DNA of 64,000 nucleotides from Alphaproteobacteria bacterium (lineage in GTDB: Bacteria; Pseudomonadota; Alphaproteobacteria; Rickettsiales; SXRF01), in contig JAGVLW010000107.1 in assembly GCA_020054105.1 (NCBI GenBank), positions 4,645 through 68,644 on the forward strand, read 5' to 3'. The position numbers and the translations under genes were made by a program. Below the pieces are notes generated by a model. That model saw nothing but the letters and a program-made list of their open reading frames with translations. It was not told the DNA's origin and ran no database searches. Below are positions 1 to 9,216 of the stretch, one piece after another. Position 1 is the stretch's first letter. Each line of letters opens with the position of its first letter.

Positions 1-1020
1 GCCCAGAAAACTGCCGATAACGGTGGCTACGAAACCGTAAAGCTTCACCACGTTAGCGATATCGGTTTTCGCAAAACCGATATCGAGCAGAAACGGCCCG
101 GTCATAATGCCAAGGAATGCATCGCCGAGCTTATAGACAATGACGAAGAGCAACAACAGCCACCAGCGCTCGCGCTGCATGAATTCGGAAAAAGGCGCGA
201 CCACGCGCTGGGCGAGCCAGCCGCTTTTCGCAGGTCGGCGATAAAAGCGGGCGATGACAAATCCCAGTATGATGACGGGAAATATCATCGTCGCGTCGAC
301 GACGAGGGCATGACGCGTTTGCACATAGGCAAGGGATGCACCCACCGCCATGAGCAGCGCCACATAGCCCAGGAAGCCTTTGGCCTGCATAGGCGCGCGG
401 TTTTGCCCGTCCTCGTGCAAAGGCTCGGGGCTGCACAGCACGGTAACCATGCCGACGGCCATGATCGCCGCCATCGTCAGATACGCCACATGCCAATTGA
501 AAAACTCCGCCAGGTAAAGCGCTCCGGCACCGGATACCACCATGGCGATGCGGTAGCCAAGCGTCACCATCGCCGCGCCCCTGGGTTGCTGCTCATCGTC
601 TAGAATCTCAACGCGGTAAGCATCGATCGCAATGTCCTGCGTCGCAGAAGCGATGGCCACACACACGGCGAGCAGCGCAAAATACCAGCCGTCCGAATTG
701 GGTGAAGCGATGCCCATGGCGGCAATGGCAATCATGAGCACCGCCTGTGCGGCAATCATCCAGCCGCGGCGCTGGCCGAACACGCGCGTCAGCAATAACA
801 AAGGCGCGCCGTCGACCAGCGGCGACCATAAAAACTTGAGCGCATAGGGAATCGCCACCGCGCCGAACAAGCCGATGGTCGTGCGATCAACCCCTATATC
901 GGCCAGCCGGATATAAAGCGTCGCGCCGGTCAGCGCCAGCGGCAGGCCGCTGGAAAATCCCAGCAGCAAAATGGCAATCAGGCGCGGCTGGGCATAAAGT
1001 TTCAGCCACCACGCCGTCAC
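1..1020 (-). CDS. ampG: AmpG-family MFS muropeptide permease (3' end runs off window)
   Basis: My own minus-strand translation is open from the GTG at 1020 to the window edge. It is absent from the ORF track because no stop lies in the window. The sequence reads VTAWWLKLYAQPRLIAILLLGFSSGLPLALTGATL...FSEFMQRERWWLLLLFVIVYKLGDAFLGIMTGPFLLDIGF, the AmpG pattern. The GTG overlaps the upstream stop as GTGA. Confidence 0.75.
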   Translation of the reverse strand, partial: MTAWWLKLYAQPRLIAILLLGFSSGLPLALTGATLYIRLADIGVDRTTIGLFGAVAIPYALKFLWSPLVDGAPLLLLTRVFGQRRGWMIAAQAVLMIAIAAMGIASPNSDGWYFALLAVCVAIASATQDIAIDAYRVEILDDEQQPRGAAMVTLGYRIAMVVSGAGALYLAEFFNWHVAYLTMAAIMAVGMVTVLCSPEPLHEDGQNRAPMQAKGFLGYVALLMAVGASLAYVQTRHALVVDATMIFPVIILGFVIARFYRRPAKSGWLAQRVVAPFSEFMQRERWWLLLLFVIVYKLGDAFLGIMTGPFLLDIGFAKTDIANVVKLYGFVATVIGSFLG

Positions 1021-1994
1021 GCCACCAGTTCCTTCAGCGGCTTGAGGCTGCGCGCGCCCAGATGCTGGATGATTTCGCCGGCGCAACGATTGCCGAGCTC
1101 GGCGCATTGCGGCAAGGCCAGCGCGCGCGCATGGCCGTGCAAAAATCCGGCGGCGAACAAATCGCCGGCGCCGGTCGTGTCGACAAGCTTGGCCACCGGC
1201 GGCGTGGGCACGCGGTGCACATGCTCGCCGGCAACGACGATGCTGCCTTTTTCGCTGCGGGTGATGGCGACGATGGGGCACAGGCCGCGTACAGCCGCAA
1301 TCGCCTCGTCGATGTCCATGGATGCGGTCAGCGCCATGATCTCCGCTTCGTTGGCGAATAAAATATCGAGATCGCTCAACAACGCCAAAAATGCGTCGCG
1401 GTGGGCGTGCACGCAAAACGTGTCGGACAGCGTGAAGGCGACTTTTTTGCCGTGGGCGCGAGCGATGCTCATCGCCTTGCGGATGGCCGCCTTATTATGC
1501 TCGCCGTTCCACAAATAGCCTTCGATGTATAAAATATCGCCGCGAGCGATAACGGTTTCGTCGATGTCGCCTTCGTTCAGCAGCGCGCAAGCGCCGATAT
1601 AGGTCGCCATCGTGCGCTGGGCGTCGGGCGTGATGAACACCAGGCAATTGGCGGTCGATGGCGCGCCTTGCGGTGCCGGCGGCGTATGGTAGCGCACGCC
1701 GACCGATTGTAGATCGTGCGTAAAAATCTTGCCGAGCTGGTCGCCCGCGACCTTGCCGATAAAGGCAACCTGGCTGCCCAGCGACGCCATGCCCGCCAGC
1801 GTGTTGGCGACCGAGCCGCCGGAACATTCGGTGCTCGGACCGATCATTTTGTAAAGCGCCTGCGAGCGCGCCTCGTCGACCAGCGTCATCGTGCCTTTAT
1901 CCAGCCCCTGCGCTTTCAAAAACGCGTCCTCGCAATAGCTGAGCACATCGACAATGGCATTGCCCAGCCCTACGACGTCATAGTGTTTTTTCAT
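1017..1994 (-). CDS. PfkB-family carbohydrate/nucleoside kinase (adenosine kinase-like)
   Basis: 325-aa ORF with N-terminal VVGLGNAIVDV and C-terminal DTTGAGDLFAAGFL, the ribokinase/PfkB signatures. Confidence 0.8.
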   Translation of the reverse strand: MKKHYDVVGLGNAIVDVLSYCEDAFLKAQGLDKGTMTLVDEARSQALYKMIGPSTECSGGSVANTLAGMASLGSQVAFIGKVAGDQLGKIFTHDLQSVGVRYHTPPAPQGAPSTANCLVFITPDAQRTMATYIGACALLNEGDIDETVIARGDILYIEGYLWNGEHNKAAIRKAMSIARAHGKKVAFTLSDTFCVHAHRDAFLALLSDLDILFANEAEIMALTASMDIDEAIAAVRGLCPIVAITRSEKGSIVVAGEHVHRVPTPPVAKLVDTTGAGDLFAAGFLHGHARALALPQCAELGNRCAGEIIQHLGARSLKPLKELVA

Positions 1995-2734
1995 ATGTTT
2001 TCTCCAATGATCGATCTTGCCCTCTCGAGCCCCTCCAGCGTATCGACGCCCAGCGGCACCGTATCGACCACCGCCACCTCGATGCGCATCCCCGCCTCCA
2101 TCGCCCGCAATTGCTCCAGCTTTTCGCGCTGCTCGAGCGGGCTGGGCGGCAGGCTCACGAATTTTTCCAGCGCGGCGCGGCGATAGACGTAAATGCCAAT
2201 ATGGTGGAATGCGCCGGAGCTGTAGGTGCGGGAAAAAGAAAGCGCCTTGCCAGTTTTTTGCTTTTTTTCGCCGGCGACTGACGACTCATGACTAACGACT
2301 ACCTTCACCACCGCCGAATTATTTTTTTCCGCCTCGTCCGTTATTTCCGCCGCCAGCGTCGCGATGTCGACCTGCGGGTTTTGCATCAGCGCCACCGCAT
2401 GTCGCAAAATGGCCGGGTCGAGTGTCGGCATGTCGCCTTGCACGTTGATGACGATGTCGTATTTTTTTTCGGGATCGAGCAGTTGCAGCGCCTGATGGAT
2501 GCGGTCGGAACCGGAAGGCAAATCGCAATCGGTGAGCACCGCGCGGCCGCCCGCCGCCGTCACCGCATCGACGATCTCCTGATCGCCCGCCGCCACCACC
2601 ACCTCGCCGACGCCCGCTTGCAGCGCGTACTGCATCACGCGCACCACCATCGGCACGCCGCCGATAGGCGCGAGCGGCTTGTTTGGCAAACGGGTGGAGG
2701 CCATCCGCGCCGGGATGAGAATGATAGATTTCAT
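1991..2734 (-). CDS. kdsB: 3-deoxy-manno-octulosonate cytidylyltransferase
   Basis: MKSIILIPARMASTRLPNKPL matches the KdsB N-terminus. I moved the start to the internal ATG at 2734, because the track start at 2851 adds 39 non-homologous residues. The gene contains a family D heptamer array. Confidence 0.85.
   Translation of the reverse strand: MKSIILIPARMASTRLPNKPLAPIGGVPMVVRVMQYALQAGVGEVVVAAGDQEIVDAVTAAGGRAVLTDCDLPSGSDRIHQALQLLDPEKKYDIVINVQGDMPTLDPAILRHAVALMQNPQVDIATLAAEITDEAEKNNSAVVKVVVSHESSVAGEKKQKTGKALSFSRTYSSGAFHHIGIYVYRRAALEKFVSLPPSPLEQREKLEQLRAMEAGMRIEVAVVDTVPLGVDTLEGLERARSIIGENI
2275..2302. repeat. Family D heptamer array (AGTCGTT type), single arm, in frame in kdsB
   Basis: On the coding strand: AGTCGTT AGTCATG AGTCGTC AGTCGCC, translated VVSHESSV. 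This is the same frame and peptide type as the leuS copies. Confidence 0.75.
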
Positions 2735-2958
2735 TGAATACTCATTACGGCATTTTTCGCTAGGCTGAATCAAATGCGTAGCTTTTTCGAGCATCGTAGC
2801 GCAAGTGTACGCTCGGGTACATGCGCAACGAAGCAGAGAAAAAGCAAGCAAGTTGGTCAGCCTAGTAGAAAAACATTCAGTCTTTTTTAATCATGTTGAT
2901 CGAATATGGCCAGCATATTATAAAGACGGCAAGTATCCTTTAATGTTTGGAATCGCGC

Positions 2959-3531
2959 ATGAATCAATCAGGGTTGGAACTCAATAAAATCGTTGCCGCC
3001 GTACTGCTCGCCGGCATTATCGCGCTGGTCGCGAGCTTCGCCAGCGACGGGCTCTATCAAGGCGGCAGCGGCCACGGGGAAAAAGATGCCAAGCGCGGCT
3101 ACACCATCGCCGGGGCGGAAAGCGCCGACAGCGCAGGGTCCGCAGCGCCCGCCGCCGAGGAAAAACCCGTCGACATCCTGCCGCTGCTTGCCGGCGCCGA
3201 CCTGACCGCCGGCGAAGCGCAGGTCAAGAAATGCGCCGCCTGCCATACGTTCGACAAGGGTGGCAAAAACGGCGTCGGCCCCAACCAGTGGAACCTGATC
3301 GGCAGCGATTTCGGCCATGTCGCGGGCTATGCCTATTCCGATGCGATCAAGGCGCTGCATGGCAGCAAAAAATGGGGATTCCAGGAGCTGTCCGATTTCC
3401 TCGCCGGCCCCAAAAAATACCTGCCCGGCAATAAAATGTCGTTTGCCGGCATCAAAAACCCGCAGGACCGCGCCAACCTGATCGCCTATCTCAACACCCT
3501 GTCCGACAAGCCGTTACCGCTGCCAAAATAA
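2959..3531 (+). CDS. membrane-anchored class I cytochrome c (CycM-like)
   Basis: An N-terminal TM helix (IVAAVLLAGIIALVASF) and an Ala/Glu-rich linker are followed by a CAACH haem motif and a mitochondrial-type cytochrome c fold sequence (GPNQWNLIG...KMSFAGIKNPQDRANLIAYL). The start is set at ATG 2959; the track uses TTG 2947. Confidence 0.8.
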   Translation: MNQSGLELNKIVAAVLLAGIIALVASFASDGLYQGGSGHGEKDAKRGYTIAGAESADSAGSAAPAAEEKPVDILPLLAGADLTAGEAQVKKCAACHTFDKGGKNGVGPNQWNLIGSDFGHVAGYAYSDAIKALHGSKKWGFQELSDFLAGPKKYLPGNKMSFAGIKNPQDRANLIAYLNTLSDKPLPLPK

Positions 3532-3548
3532 TTATTGAAAGGCTGCTT

Positions 3549-4013
3549 ATGGAACTATCGATCGTCTATGTCTGGCTGATTGTCGGCGTGGTGCTCATGC
3601 TGCTCGAAGCGTTCGGCCTGCCCGGCATGGGCATGTTCTTTGCCGGGCTGGGCGCGCTGACCGTCGGATTGCTGGTGAGCTTCGATACCATCATCCCCGA
3701 AGACTCGCTCATGCAGTTCATTTTCTTTTTCGCCACGACCATCGTGTGGGCGGTGCTATTATGGAAACCGCTGCAGCAATTCAAGGTCGGGAAAAAAGCG
3801 CAGAGCTACGCCAACATCGTCGGCGACACCGCCTATGTCGGCAGCAGCGGCATCAGCAAAAAAGACGGCGGCGAAGTCACCTGGTCGGGCACGATCATGA
3901 AAGCCCGCCTCGATGCCGCCAGCCTGCCGGAATGCCTGGAAGCCGGCGCGCAGGTCATCATCACCGAAATCACCGGCAATGTGCTGACGGTAAGGCCCAA
4001 AACAGGGAATTGA
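3549..4013 (+). CDS. NfeD-family membrane protein
   Basis: Three N-terminal TM helices and a C-terminal soluble beta domain lie directly upstream of an SPFH/stomatin gene, the classical nfeD-SPFH pairing. Its TGA stop lies in the first unit of repeat A1. Confidence 0.7.
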   Translation: MELSIVYVWLIVGVVLMLLEAFGLPGMGMFFAGLGALTVGLLVSFDTIIPEDSLMQFIFFFATTIVWAVLLWKPLQQFKVGKKAQSYANIVGDTAYVGSSGISKKDGGEVTWSGTIMKARLDAASLPECLEAGAQVIITEITGNVLTVRPKTGN

Positions 4014-4146
4014 GGAAGCGAAGGAACTGAAGAATTGAAGAAATAAGGAAGTGAAGTCATGGAATCTAAGATCGGGCCCATTTAGCTATCTTTTTAATTC
4101 CCCAGTTCTTCATTTCCTCATTTCCCCTTATTCCTCATTTCCTCTT
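4005..4146. repeat. Family A octamer inverted array (A1), intergenic nfeD/SPFH
   Basis: The left arm consists of GAGGAAGC/GAAGAATT/GAAGAAAT-type units. The right arm carries the complementary TTCTTCATTTCCTCATTTCC units. The nfeD TGA stop lies inside the first unit (GGAATTGAGG). Confidence 0.85.
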
Positions 4147-4158
4147 AGGAGAACCAAC

Positions 4159-5118
4159 ATGGAACCACTACTCGCACTGCTCGTCATCATCGTCATCAGC
4201 GTGTTCATGGGCGTCAAAACCGTGCCGCAGCAACAGGCATGGATCGTCGAAAGCCTGGGCAAGTTCGACAGCAAGCTCGAGCCGGGCCTTAACATCCTCA
4301 TCCCGTTCTACCAGAAAGTCGCCTACAAGCATTCGCTCAAGGAAATGGCGGTGGAAGTGCCCGAACAGGCCGGCATCACCCGCGACAACGTGACGCTCAA
4401 TCTCGACGGCATCCTCTATGTGCGCATCATCGACCCGGTCGCCGCGTCGTACGGCGTGTCCGACCCGATCTACGCCGTGCAGCTGCTCGCACAAACCACC
4501 ATGCGCTCGGAAATCGGCAAGCTCACGCTTGATAAAACCTTCGAGGAGCGCGAGACGCTCAACGCCAATATCGTTAGCGCCATCAATCAGGCGGCGCAAA
4601 GCTGGGGCATCCAGTGCATGCGCTACGAGATAAAAAACATCACACCGCCCAACTCGGTGCTCAAAGCCATGGAGCTTCAGATGGCCGCCGACCGCCAGAA
4701 ACGCGCCACCATCTTGGAATCGGAAGGCAAGCGCCAGGCACAGATCAACGTCGCCGAAGGCAAAAAACAGGAAATCGTGCTTGGCTCGGAAGGCGCGCTG
4801 ACCGACCAGGTCAACCGCGCCAAGGGCGAAGCCGAAGCGATCCTCGCCGTCGCCGAGGCGACCGCCAAAGGCATCGAGATGGTCTCGCAGGCGATCATGA
4901 AGCATGGCGGCTCGGAAGCCGTGGCGCTCAAAATCGCCGAGCAATATGTCGGCGCCTTCAAGGAAATCGCCAAGGAATCGACGACGCTGCTGCTGCCCGC
5001 CAATGCCCATGACGCCGGCTCGATGGTCGCGCAGGCGCTGACCGTGTTCGATTCCATCCGCAACAAAACCGCCGGCAATATCAAAGAAGGCGGCAAAGGC
5101 CCGTGGGGCGCCGCTTAG
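4159..5118 (+). CDS. SPFH/band-7 (stomatin/HflC-like) protein
   Basis: Single TM helix (MEPLLALLVIIVISVF) then an SPFH domain (QQQAWIVESLGKF...ITRDNVTLNLDGILYVRI). AGGAG lies 8 nt upstream of ATG 4159. The track start at 4051 lies inside repeat A1. Confidence 0.85.
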   Translation: MEPLLALLVIIVISVFMGVKTVPQQQAWIVESLGKFDSKLEPGLNILIPFYQKVAYKHSLKEMAVEVPEQAGITRDNVTLNLDGILYVRIIDPVAASYGVSDPIYAVQLLAQTTMRSEIGKLTLDKTFEERETLNANIVSAINQAAQSWGIQCMRYEIKNITPPNSVLKAMELQMAADRQKRATILESEGKRQAQINVAEGKKQEIVLGSEGALTDQVNRAKGEAEAILAVAEATAKGIEMVSQAIMKHGGSEAVALKIAEQYVGAFKEIAKESTTLLLPANAHDAGSMVAQALTVFDSIRNKTAGNIKEGGKGPWGAA

Positions 5119-5120
5119 GA

Positions 5121-5204
5121 GGTAACAGGGATCAGATAACAGGTAACAGACTATGGTCAGGCGCATTCTGCTCTCTTTACTGTTGTCCTTTTCCTGTCAC
5201 CTGC
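5121..5204. repeat. Family C heptamer inverted array (C1) spanning the yejA start
   Basis: GGTAACAGGGATCAGATAACAGGTAACAG, then ATG 5153, then CTGTTGTCCTTTTCCTGTCACCTG. The right arm encodes signal-peptide residues LLSFSCHLLP. Confidence 0.75.
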
Positions 5205-6946
5205 TTCCCGGCGCTGCTTACGCAGCGCCCTCCCACTGCCTCACCTATTACGGCGAATGCAAATATCCGGCGGGCTTTGCGCATTTCGACTATGTCAATC
5301 CCGATGCGCCCAAAGGCGGCGGCGTCAAGCTTGCCGAGACCGGCTCTTTCGATAATCTCAATCCGTTTATTTTAAACGGCGTCAAGGCGCCGGCCATCGC
5401 TGCCATGCTTTTCGAATCGCTGATGGCCGCCTCGCAAGACGAGCCGCAGACGCTTTATGGGCTGGTCGCGCAGAGCGTCGAGGTGGCCAAGGATGGCGGC
5501 TCGGTCGAATTTGTTTTGCGCAATGAAGCACGCTTTCATGACGGCTCAAAAATCACGCCCGACGACGTGGTGTTTTCGTTTGCGACGCTGAAGGAAAAAG
5601 GCGACCCGACTTACAAGATTCTCTACGCCGCCATCGCGTCGGCGGAAAAAACCGGCGAGCACACGGTGCGGTTTACTTTCACCGACGGCAAGAACCGCGA
5701 GCTGCCGCTGATCGCCGCATCGATGCCGATCTTATCGAAAGTCTACTATGACAAAGTCGATTTTTCCAAAACGACGCTGGAGGCGCCGGTCGGCAGCGGG
5801 CCTTACAAGGTCGAAAGCGTCGAACAGGGCCGCCAGATCACCTACAGGCGCGACCCGGATTACTGGGGCAAGGATTTGCCGGTCAATCGCGGCCAGTATA
5901 ATTTCGCGACATTCCGCTACGATCTCTACCGCGACGAAAACGTCGCCATGCAGGGGCTGTTCGCCGGAGAATATGATTTCCGCCGCGAATATATCGCGCG
6001 CAACTGGGCGACCGCCTACGACGTGCCGGCGGTGCGCGACGGGCGCATCGTCAAGCGCAACATCCCCGATGAAACACCGCAAGGCATGCAGGCGTTCATT
6101 TTCAACACGCGCAAACCGCAATTCGCCGACCGCCGCGTGCGCGAGGCGATCGACCTCGCGCTCGATTACGAATGGGTGAATAAAACCATTTTCTACGGCG
6201 CGTATGAGCGCAACCATAGCTATTTCCAAAACACCGAATTCGAAGCCAAGGGCCTGCCGCAAGGCAAGGAGCTGGCGCTGTTGAAACCGCTTGCCGATGA
6301 GCTGCCCCCTGCCCTGTTCACGCAGCCGTTCAAAAACCCGACGACCGACGGCTCCGGCAACGCCCGCGACAATTTGCTAAAGGCGCAAAAGCTGCTCGAA
6401 GAGGCGGGCTGGCAGGTCAAAGACGGCAAGCGTGTCGATGCGAAAGGCGCGCCGCTAAATATCGAGTTCATGCTGCGCCAGCCGACGATGGAGCGCGTCA
6501 TCGGCCCGATGCGCAAGAATCTGGAGCGGCTCGGCATCGCTTCCTCCATCCGCATGGTCGACGATTCGCAATACCAAAAACGTCTCGACGACAAGGATTT
6601 CGACATCGTCTCCATCTGGATCAACCGCGGTAATTTCTTTCCCGGCAACGAGCAGGTGGCGCTGTGGCACTCGGCGCAGGCCGAGGTGAAAGGCGGCAAT
6701 AACCTGGGCGGAACGCAAAGCAAGGCCGTCGATGCGCTGCTGGGCGCCTTGGTCAATGCCAAGGATTACGACGATTACCGCGCCGCCGGCCGCGCGCTCG
6801 ACCGCGTGCTGCTGTGGGAGCATTACGTCATCCCCAACTGGAATTCGGGCAGCTACCGCGTCGCCTATTGGGATAAGTTCGGCCTGCCGAAAATCCAGGC
6901 GAAATACAACCTGGCGTTCCAGGCGTGGTGGGTGAAGCCAAGGTAA
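5153..6946 (+). CDS. yejA: ABC transporter periplasmic substrate-binding protein, family 5 (YejA-like peptide/microcin C type)
   Basis: 597 aa with a signal peptide ending AAYA. Size and sequence fit YejA-type SBPs, and it is followed by yejB/E/F homologues. Confidence 0.8.
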   Translation: MVRRILLSLLLSFSCHLLPGAAYAAPSHCLTYYGECKYPAGFAHFDYVNPDAPKGGGVKLAETGSFDNLNPFILNGVKAPAIAAMLFESLMAASQDEPQTLYGLVAQSVEVAKDGGSVEFVLRNEARFHDGSKITPDDVVFSFATLKEKGDPTYKILYAAIASAEKTGEHTVRFTFTDGKNRELPLIAASMPILSKVYYDKVDFSKTTLEAPVGSGPYKVESVEQGRQITYRRDPDYWGKDLPVNRGQYNFATFRYDLYRDENVAMQGLFAGEYDFRREYIARNWATAYDVPAVRDGRIVKRNIPDETPQGMQAFIFNTRKPQFADRRVREAIDLALDYEWVNKTIFYGAYERNHSYFQNTEFEAKGLPQGKELALLKPLADELPPALFTQPFKNPTTDGSGNARDNLLKAQKLLEEAGWQVKDGKRVDAKGAPLNIEFMLRQPTMERVIGPMRKNLERLGIASSIRMVDDSQYQKRLDDKDFDIVSIWINRGNFFPGNEQVALWHSAQAEVKGGNNLGGTQSKAVDALLGALVNAKDYDDYRAAGRALDRVLLWEHYVIPNWNSGSYRVAYWDKFGLPKIQAKYNLAFQAWWVKPR

Positions 6947-7012
6947 CAGGTGACAGGTGACAGGCGGCAGATATAATGTTTTGTCCGTAACCTGTTTCCT
7001 GTCGCCTGTTGC
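6941..7012. repeat. Family C heptamer inverted array (C2) at the yejA/yejB junction
   Basis: AGGTAACAGGTGACAGGTGACAGGCGGCAG - loop - GTCCGTAACCTGTTTCCTGTCGCCTGTTGCC. The yejA TAA stop is the TAA of the first GGTAACA unit. Confidence 0.9.
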
Positions 7013-7015
7013 CTT

Positions 7016-8119
7016 ATGTCTGCTTACATAATCCGCCGCCTCCTGCTCATGATCCCCACTTTGTTTGGGATCATGGTGCTGAATTTCGCCATCGTCCAGG
7101 CGGCGCCCGGCGGGCCGGTGGAGCGGCTGGTGGCGAGCCTCACCGACATCACCTCGCAAGACGCCACCGCCCGCATCTCCGGCAGCGGCGGCGACATGGC
7201 CGGCAAGATCGACAGCAACGCCAACGCCATAAACTCCGCCTATCGCGGCGGGCGCGGGCTCGACCCGGAAATCATCGCCGGCATCGAGAAAATGTACGGC
7301 TTCGACAAGCCGCCGCTGGAGCGTTTTTTGCAGATGATCGGCAATTACCTGCGCTTTGATTTCGGCGAGAGTTTTTTCCGCAATCAGCGCGTCATCGACC
7401 TGATCGGGCAAACCCTGCCGGTAACGATTTCGCTGGGGCTGTGGACGACGCTTCTGGTCTATCTCATCTCGATCCCGCTTGGCATCCGCAAGGCTGTCGC
7501 CGACGGTTCGCGCTTCGATGTCGCCAGCAGCTGGGTCATCATCGTCGGCTACGCGATACCGAGTTTTTTATTCGCGATCCTGCTCATCATCTTGTTCGCC
7601 GGCGGCAATTACTGGCAGATTTTTCCGCTTAAAGGCCTGGTCTCCGATAACTGGGCCGAGCTGGGATTTTTTCAGAAAATCACCGATTATTTCTGGCATA
7701 TTACCCTGCCGGTGCTGGCGATGGTGCTGTCGGGCTTCGCCGCGCTGACCATGCTCACCAAAAACTATTTTCTCGACGAGATCGGCAAGCAGTATGTGCT
7801 TACCGCCCGCGCCAAGGGGCTTTCCGAACGACAGGTGCTCTATAACCATGTATTCCGCAACGCCATGCTGATTATCATCGCCGGGCTGCCGGGGGCGCTG
7901 CTGCGCATTTTGCTGACCAGTGCGCTGCTCATCGAGATTATTTTTTCGCTAAACGGCCTGGGGCTGCTCGGCTACGAAGCTGTCATCAACCGCGACTATC
8001 CGGTGATGTTCGGCACGCTCTATATTTTCACCCTGCTCGGGCTGGTCTTCAACCTGATCGGCGACATCGTCTATATGCTCGTCGATCCCAGAATCGATTT
8101 CGAGCGGAGGGAGGTGTAA
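7016..8119 (+). CDS. yejB: ABC transporter permease YejB
   Basis: [34 protein letters not shown] is the DppB/YejB N-terminus. It also has the long periplasmic insert typical of YejB. Confidence 0.85.
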   Translation: MSAYIIRRLLLMIPTLFGIMVLNFAIVQAAPGGPVERLVASLTDITSQDATARISGSGGDMAGKIDSNANAINSAYRGGRGLDPEIIAGIEKMYGFDKPPLERFLQMIGNYLRFDFGESFFRNQRVIDLIGQTLPVTISLGLWTTLLVYLISIPLGIRKAVADGSRFDVASSWVIIVGYAIPSFLFAILLIILFAGGNYWQIFPLKGLVSDNWAELGFFQKITDYFWHITLPVLAMVLSGFAALTMLTKNYFLDEIGKQYVLTARAKGLSERQVLYNHVFRNAMLIIIAGLPGALLRILLTSALLIEIIFSLNGLGLLGYEAVINRDYPVMFGTLYIFTLLGLVFNLIGDIVYMLVDPRIDFERREV

Positions 8120-9216
8120 TGGAAGGTAACAGGTATCAGGTGGCGGGTGACGGAAAGAATGATGGCAATCTGCCACCTGTCACCTGTCACCTGTCACCTT
8201 TAACCCGCCGCAGGCTTAGCCTTTTTCGCGCCAATAGGCGCGGTTATTGGAGCCTGTGGATTTTCCTGCTGTTGTTTTTCCTGAGTCTGTTTGCGGAGCT
8301 CATCGCCAACGACAAGCCGATCTTGCTGCGCTATCAGGGCGCGTTTTATTTCCCGGTCGTCGCGACCTACAGCGAAAAAACCTTCGGCGGCGATTTCGAT
8401 ACCGAGGCGGTTTACCGGGACGCTTTCGTGCGCCAGCGCATCGAATCCGAAGGCGGCTGGATGCTCTGGCCGCCCATCCGCTACAGCTATTCCACCATCA
8501 ATTACGATCTCGGCCGCCCCGCCCCCTCGCCGCCGACGCGCGAAAACTGGCTGGGCACCGACGACCAGGGGCGCGACGTATTGGCGCGGCTGATTTACGG
8601 CTTCAGGCTGTCGGTGTGTTTCGGCCTGCTGCTGACCAGCTTCAGCGCCGTCTTCGGCATAATGGCCGGGGCGGTGCAGGGATTTTTCGGCGGCTGGATC
8701 GATTTGGCTTTTCAGCGTTTCATCGAGATCTGGTCGGGCCTGCCGGAACTGTTTCTACTCATCATCCTGGCCAGCCTCATCACCCCGAATTTCTGGTGGT
8801 TGCTGGCCATCTTGCTGCTGTTCACATGGATGTCGCTGGCCGGCGTCGTGCGCGCCGAATTCCTGCGCGCGCGCAATTTCGATTATGTGAAAGCCGCCCG
8901 CGCGCTGGGCGTGTCGGAGCTTCGCATCATGGTGCGTCACGTGCTGCCCAATGCGCTGGTGTCGGCAATGACGGTGATCCCGTTCATGATGAGCGGCGCG
9001 GTGGCGGCGCTGACCACGCTCGATTTCCTGGGCTTCGGCCTGCCGCCCGGCTCGGCGAGCCTGGGCGAGTTGCTGCTGCAGGGCAAGAATAATCTGCAGG
9101 CGCCGTGGCTGGGCTTTGCCGGCTTCATGGTGATTTCGCTGCTGCTGGTGCTCATCATTTTCATCAGCGAGGCGGTGCGCGACGCGTTCGACCCGCGCAA
9201 GGAGCTGATGCGATGA
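8119..9216 (+). CDS. yejE: ABC transporter permease YejE
   Basis: [39 protein letters not shown] closely matches the E. coli YejE N-terminal region as I recall it. The ATG overlaps the yejB stop (TAATG). The first ~25 codons are encoded by repeat C3. Confidence 0.8.
   Translation: MEGNRYQVAGDGKNDGNLPPVTCHLSPLTRRRLSLFRANRRGYWSLWIFLLLFFLSLFAELIANDKPILLRYQGAFYFPVVATYSEKTFGGDFDTEAVYRDAFVRQRIESEGGWMLWPPIRYSYSTINYDLGRPAPSPPTRENWLGTDDQGRDVLARLIYGFRLSVCFGLLLTSFSAVFGIMAGAVQGFFGGWIDLAFQRFIEIWSGLPELFLLIILASLITPNFWWLLAILLLFTWMSLAGVVRAEFLRARNFDYVKAARALGVSELRIMVRHVLPNALVSAMTVIPFMMSGAVAALTTLDFLGFGLPPGSASLGELLLQGKNNLQAPWLGFAGFMVISLLLVLIIFISEAVRDAFDPRKELMR
8125..8199. repeat. Family C heptamer inverted array (C3) at the yejB/yejE junction, translated as the YejE N-terminus
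   Basis: GGTAACAGGTATCAGGTGGCGGGTGACGG - loop - TGCCACCTGTCACCTGTCACCTGTCACC, encoding ...NRYQVAGDG...[12 protein letters not shown]. Confidence 0.9.

Noticed and set aside
150-240. Apparent frameshift in ampG near 195-215.
   Set aside because: On recounting, the run is CCTTTTTCC (five T). The frame is continuous (VAPFSEFMQRERWW). The gene is missing from the ORF track only because it has no stop inside the window.
2758-2866. 9-bp inverted repeat CTAGGCTGA ... TCAGCCTAG about 90 nt apart in the divergent kdsB/cytochrome c promoter region.
   Set aside because: It is short, unique in the window and has a long spacer. It could be an operator, but that cannot be supported from sequence alone.
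4168-5166. 332-aa minus-strand ORF opposite the SPFH gene. Similar long antisense ORFs occur at 6455-7411, 9582-10481, 27348-28451, 38485-39219, 45835-46635, 48354-49592 and 53401-54006.
   Set aside because: Each lies fully inside a well-supported gene on the other strand and has the Arg/Gly/Ala/Asp/His-rich low-complexity composition of GC-rich shadow frames. None has an SD or a recognisable domain.
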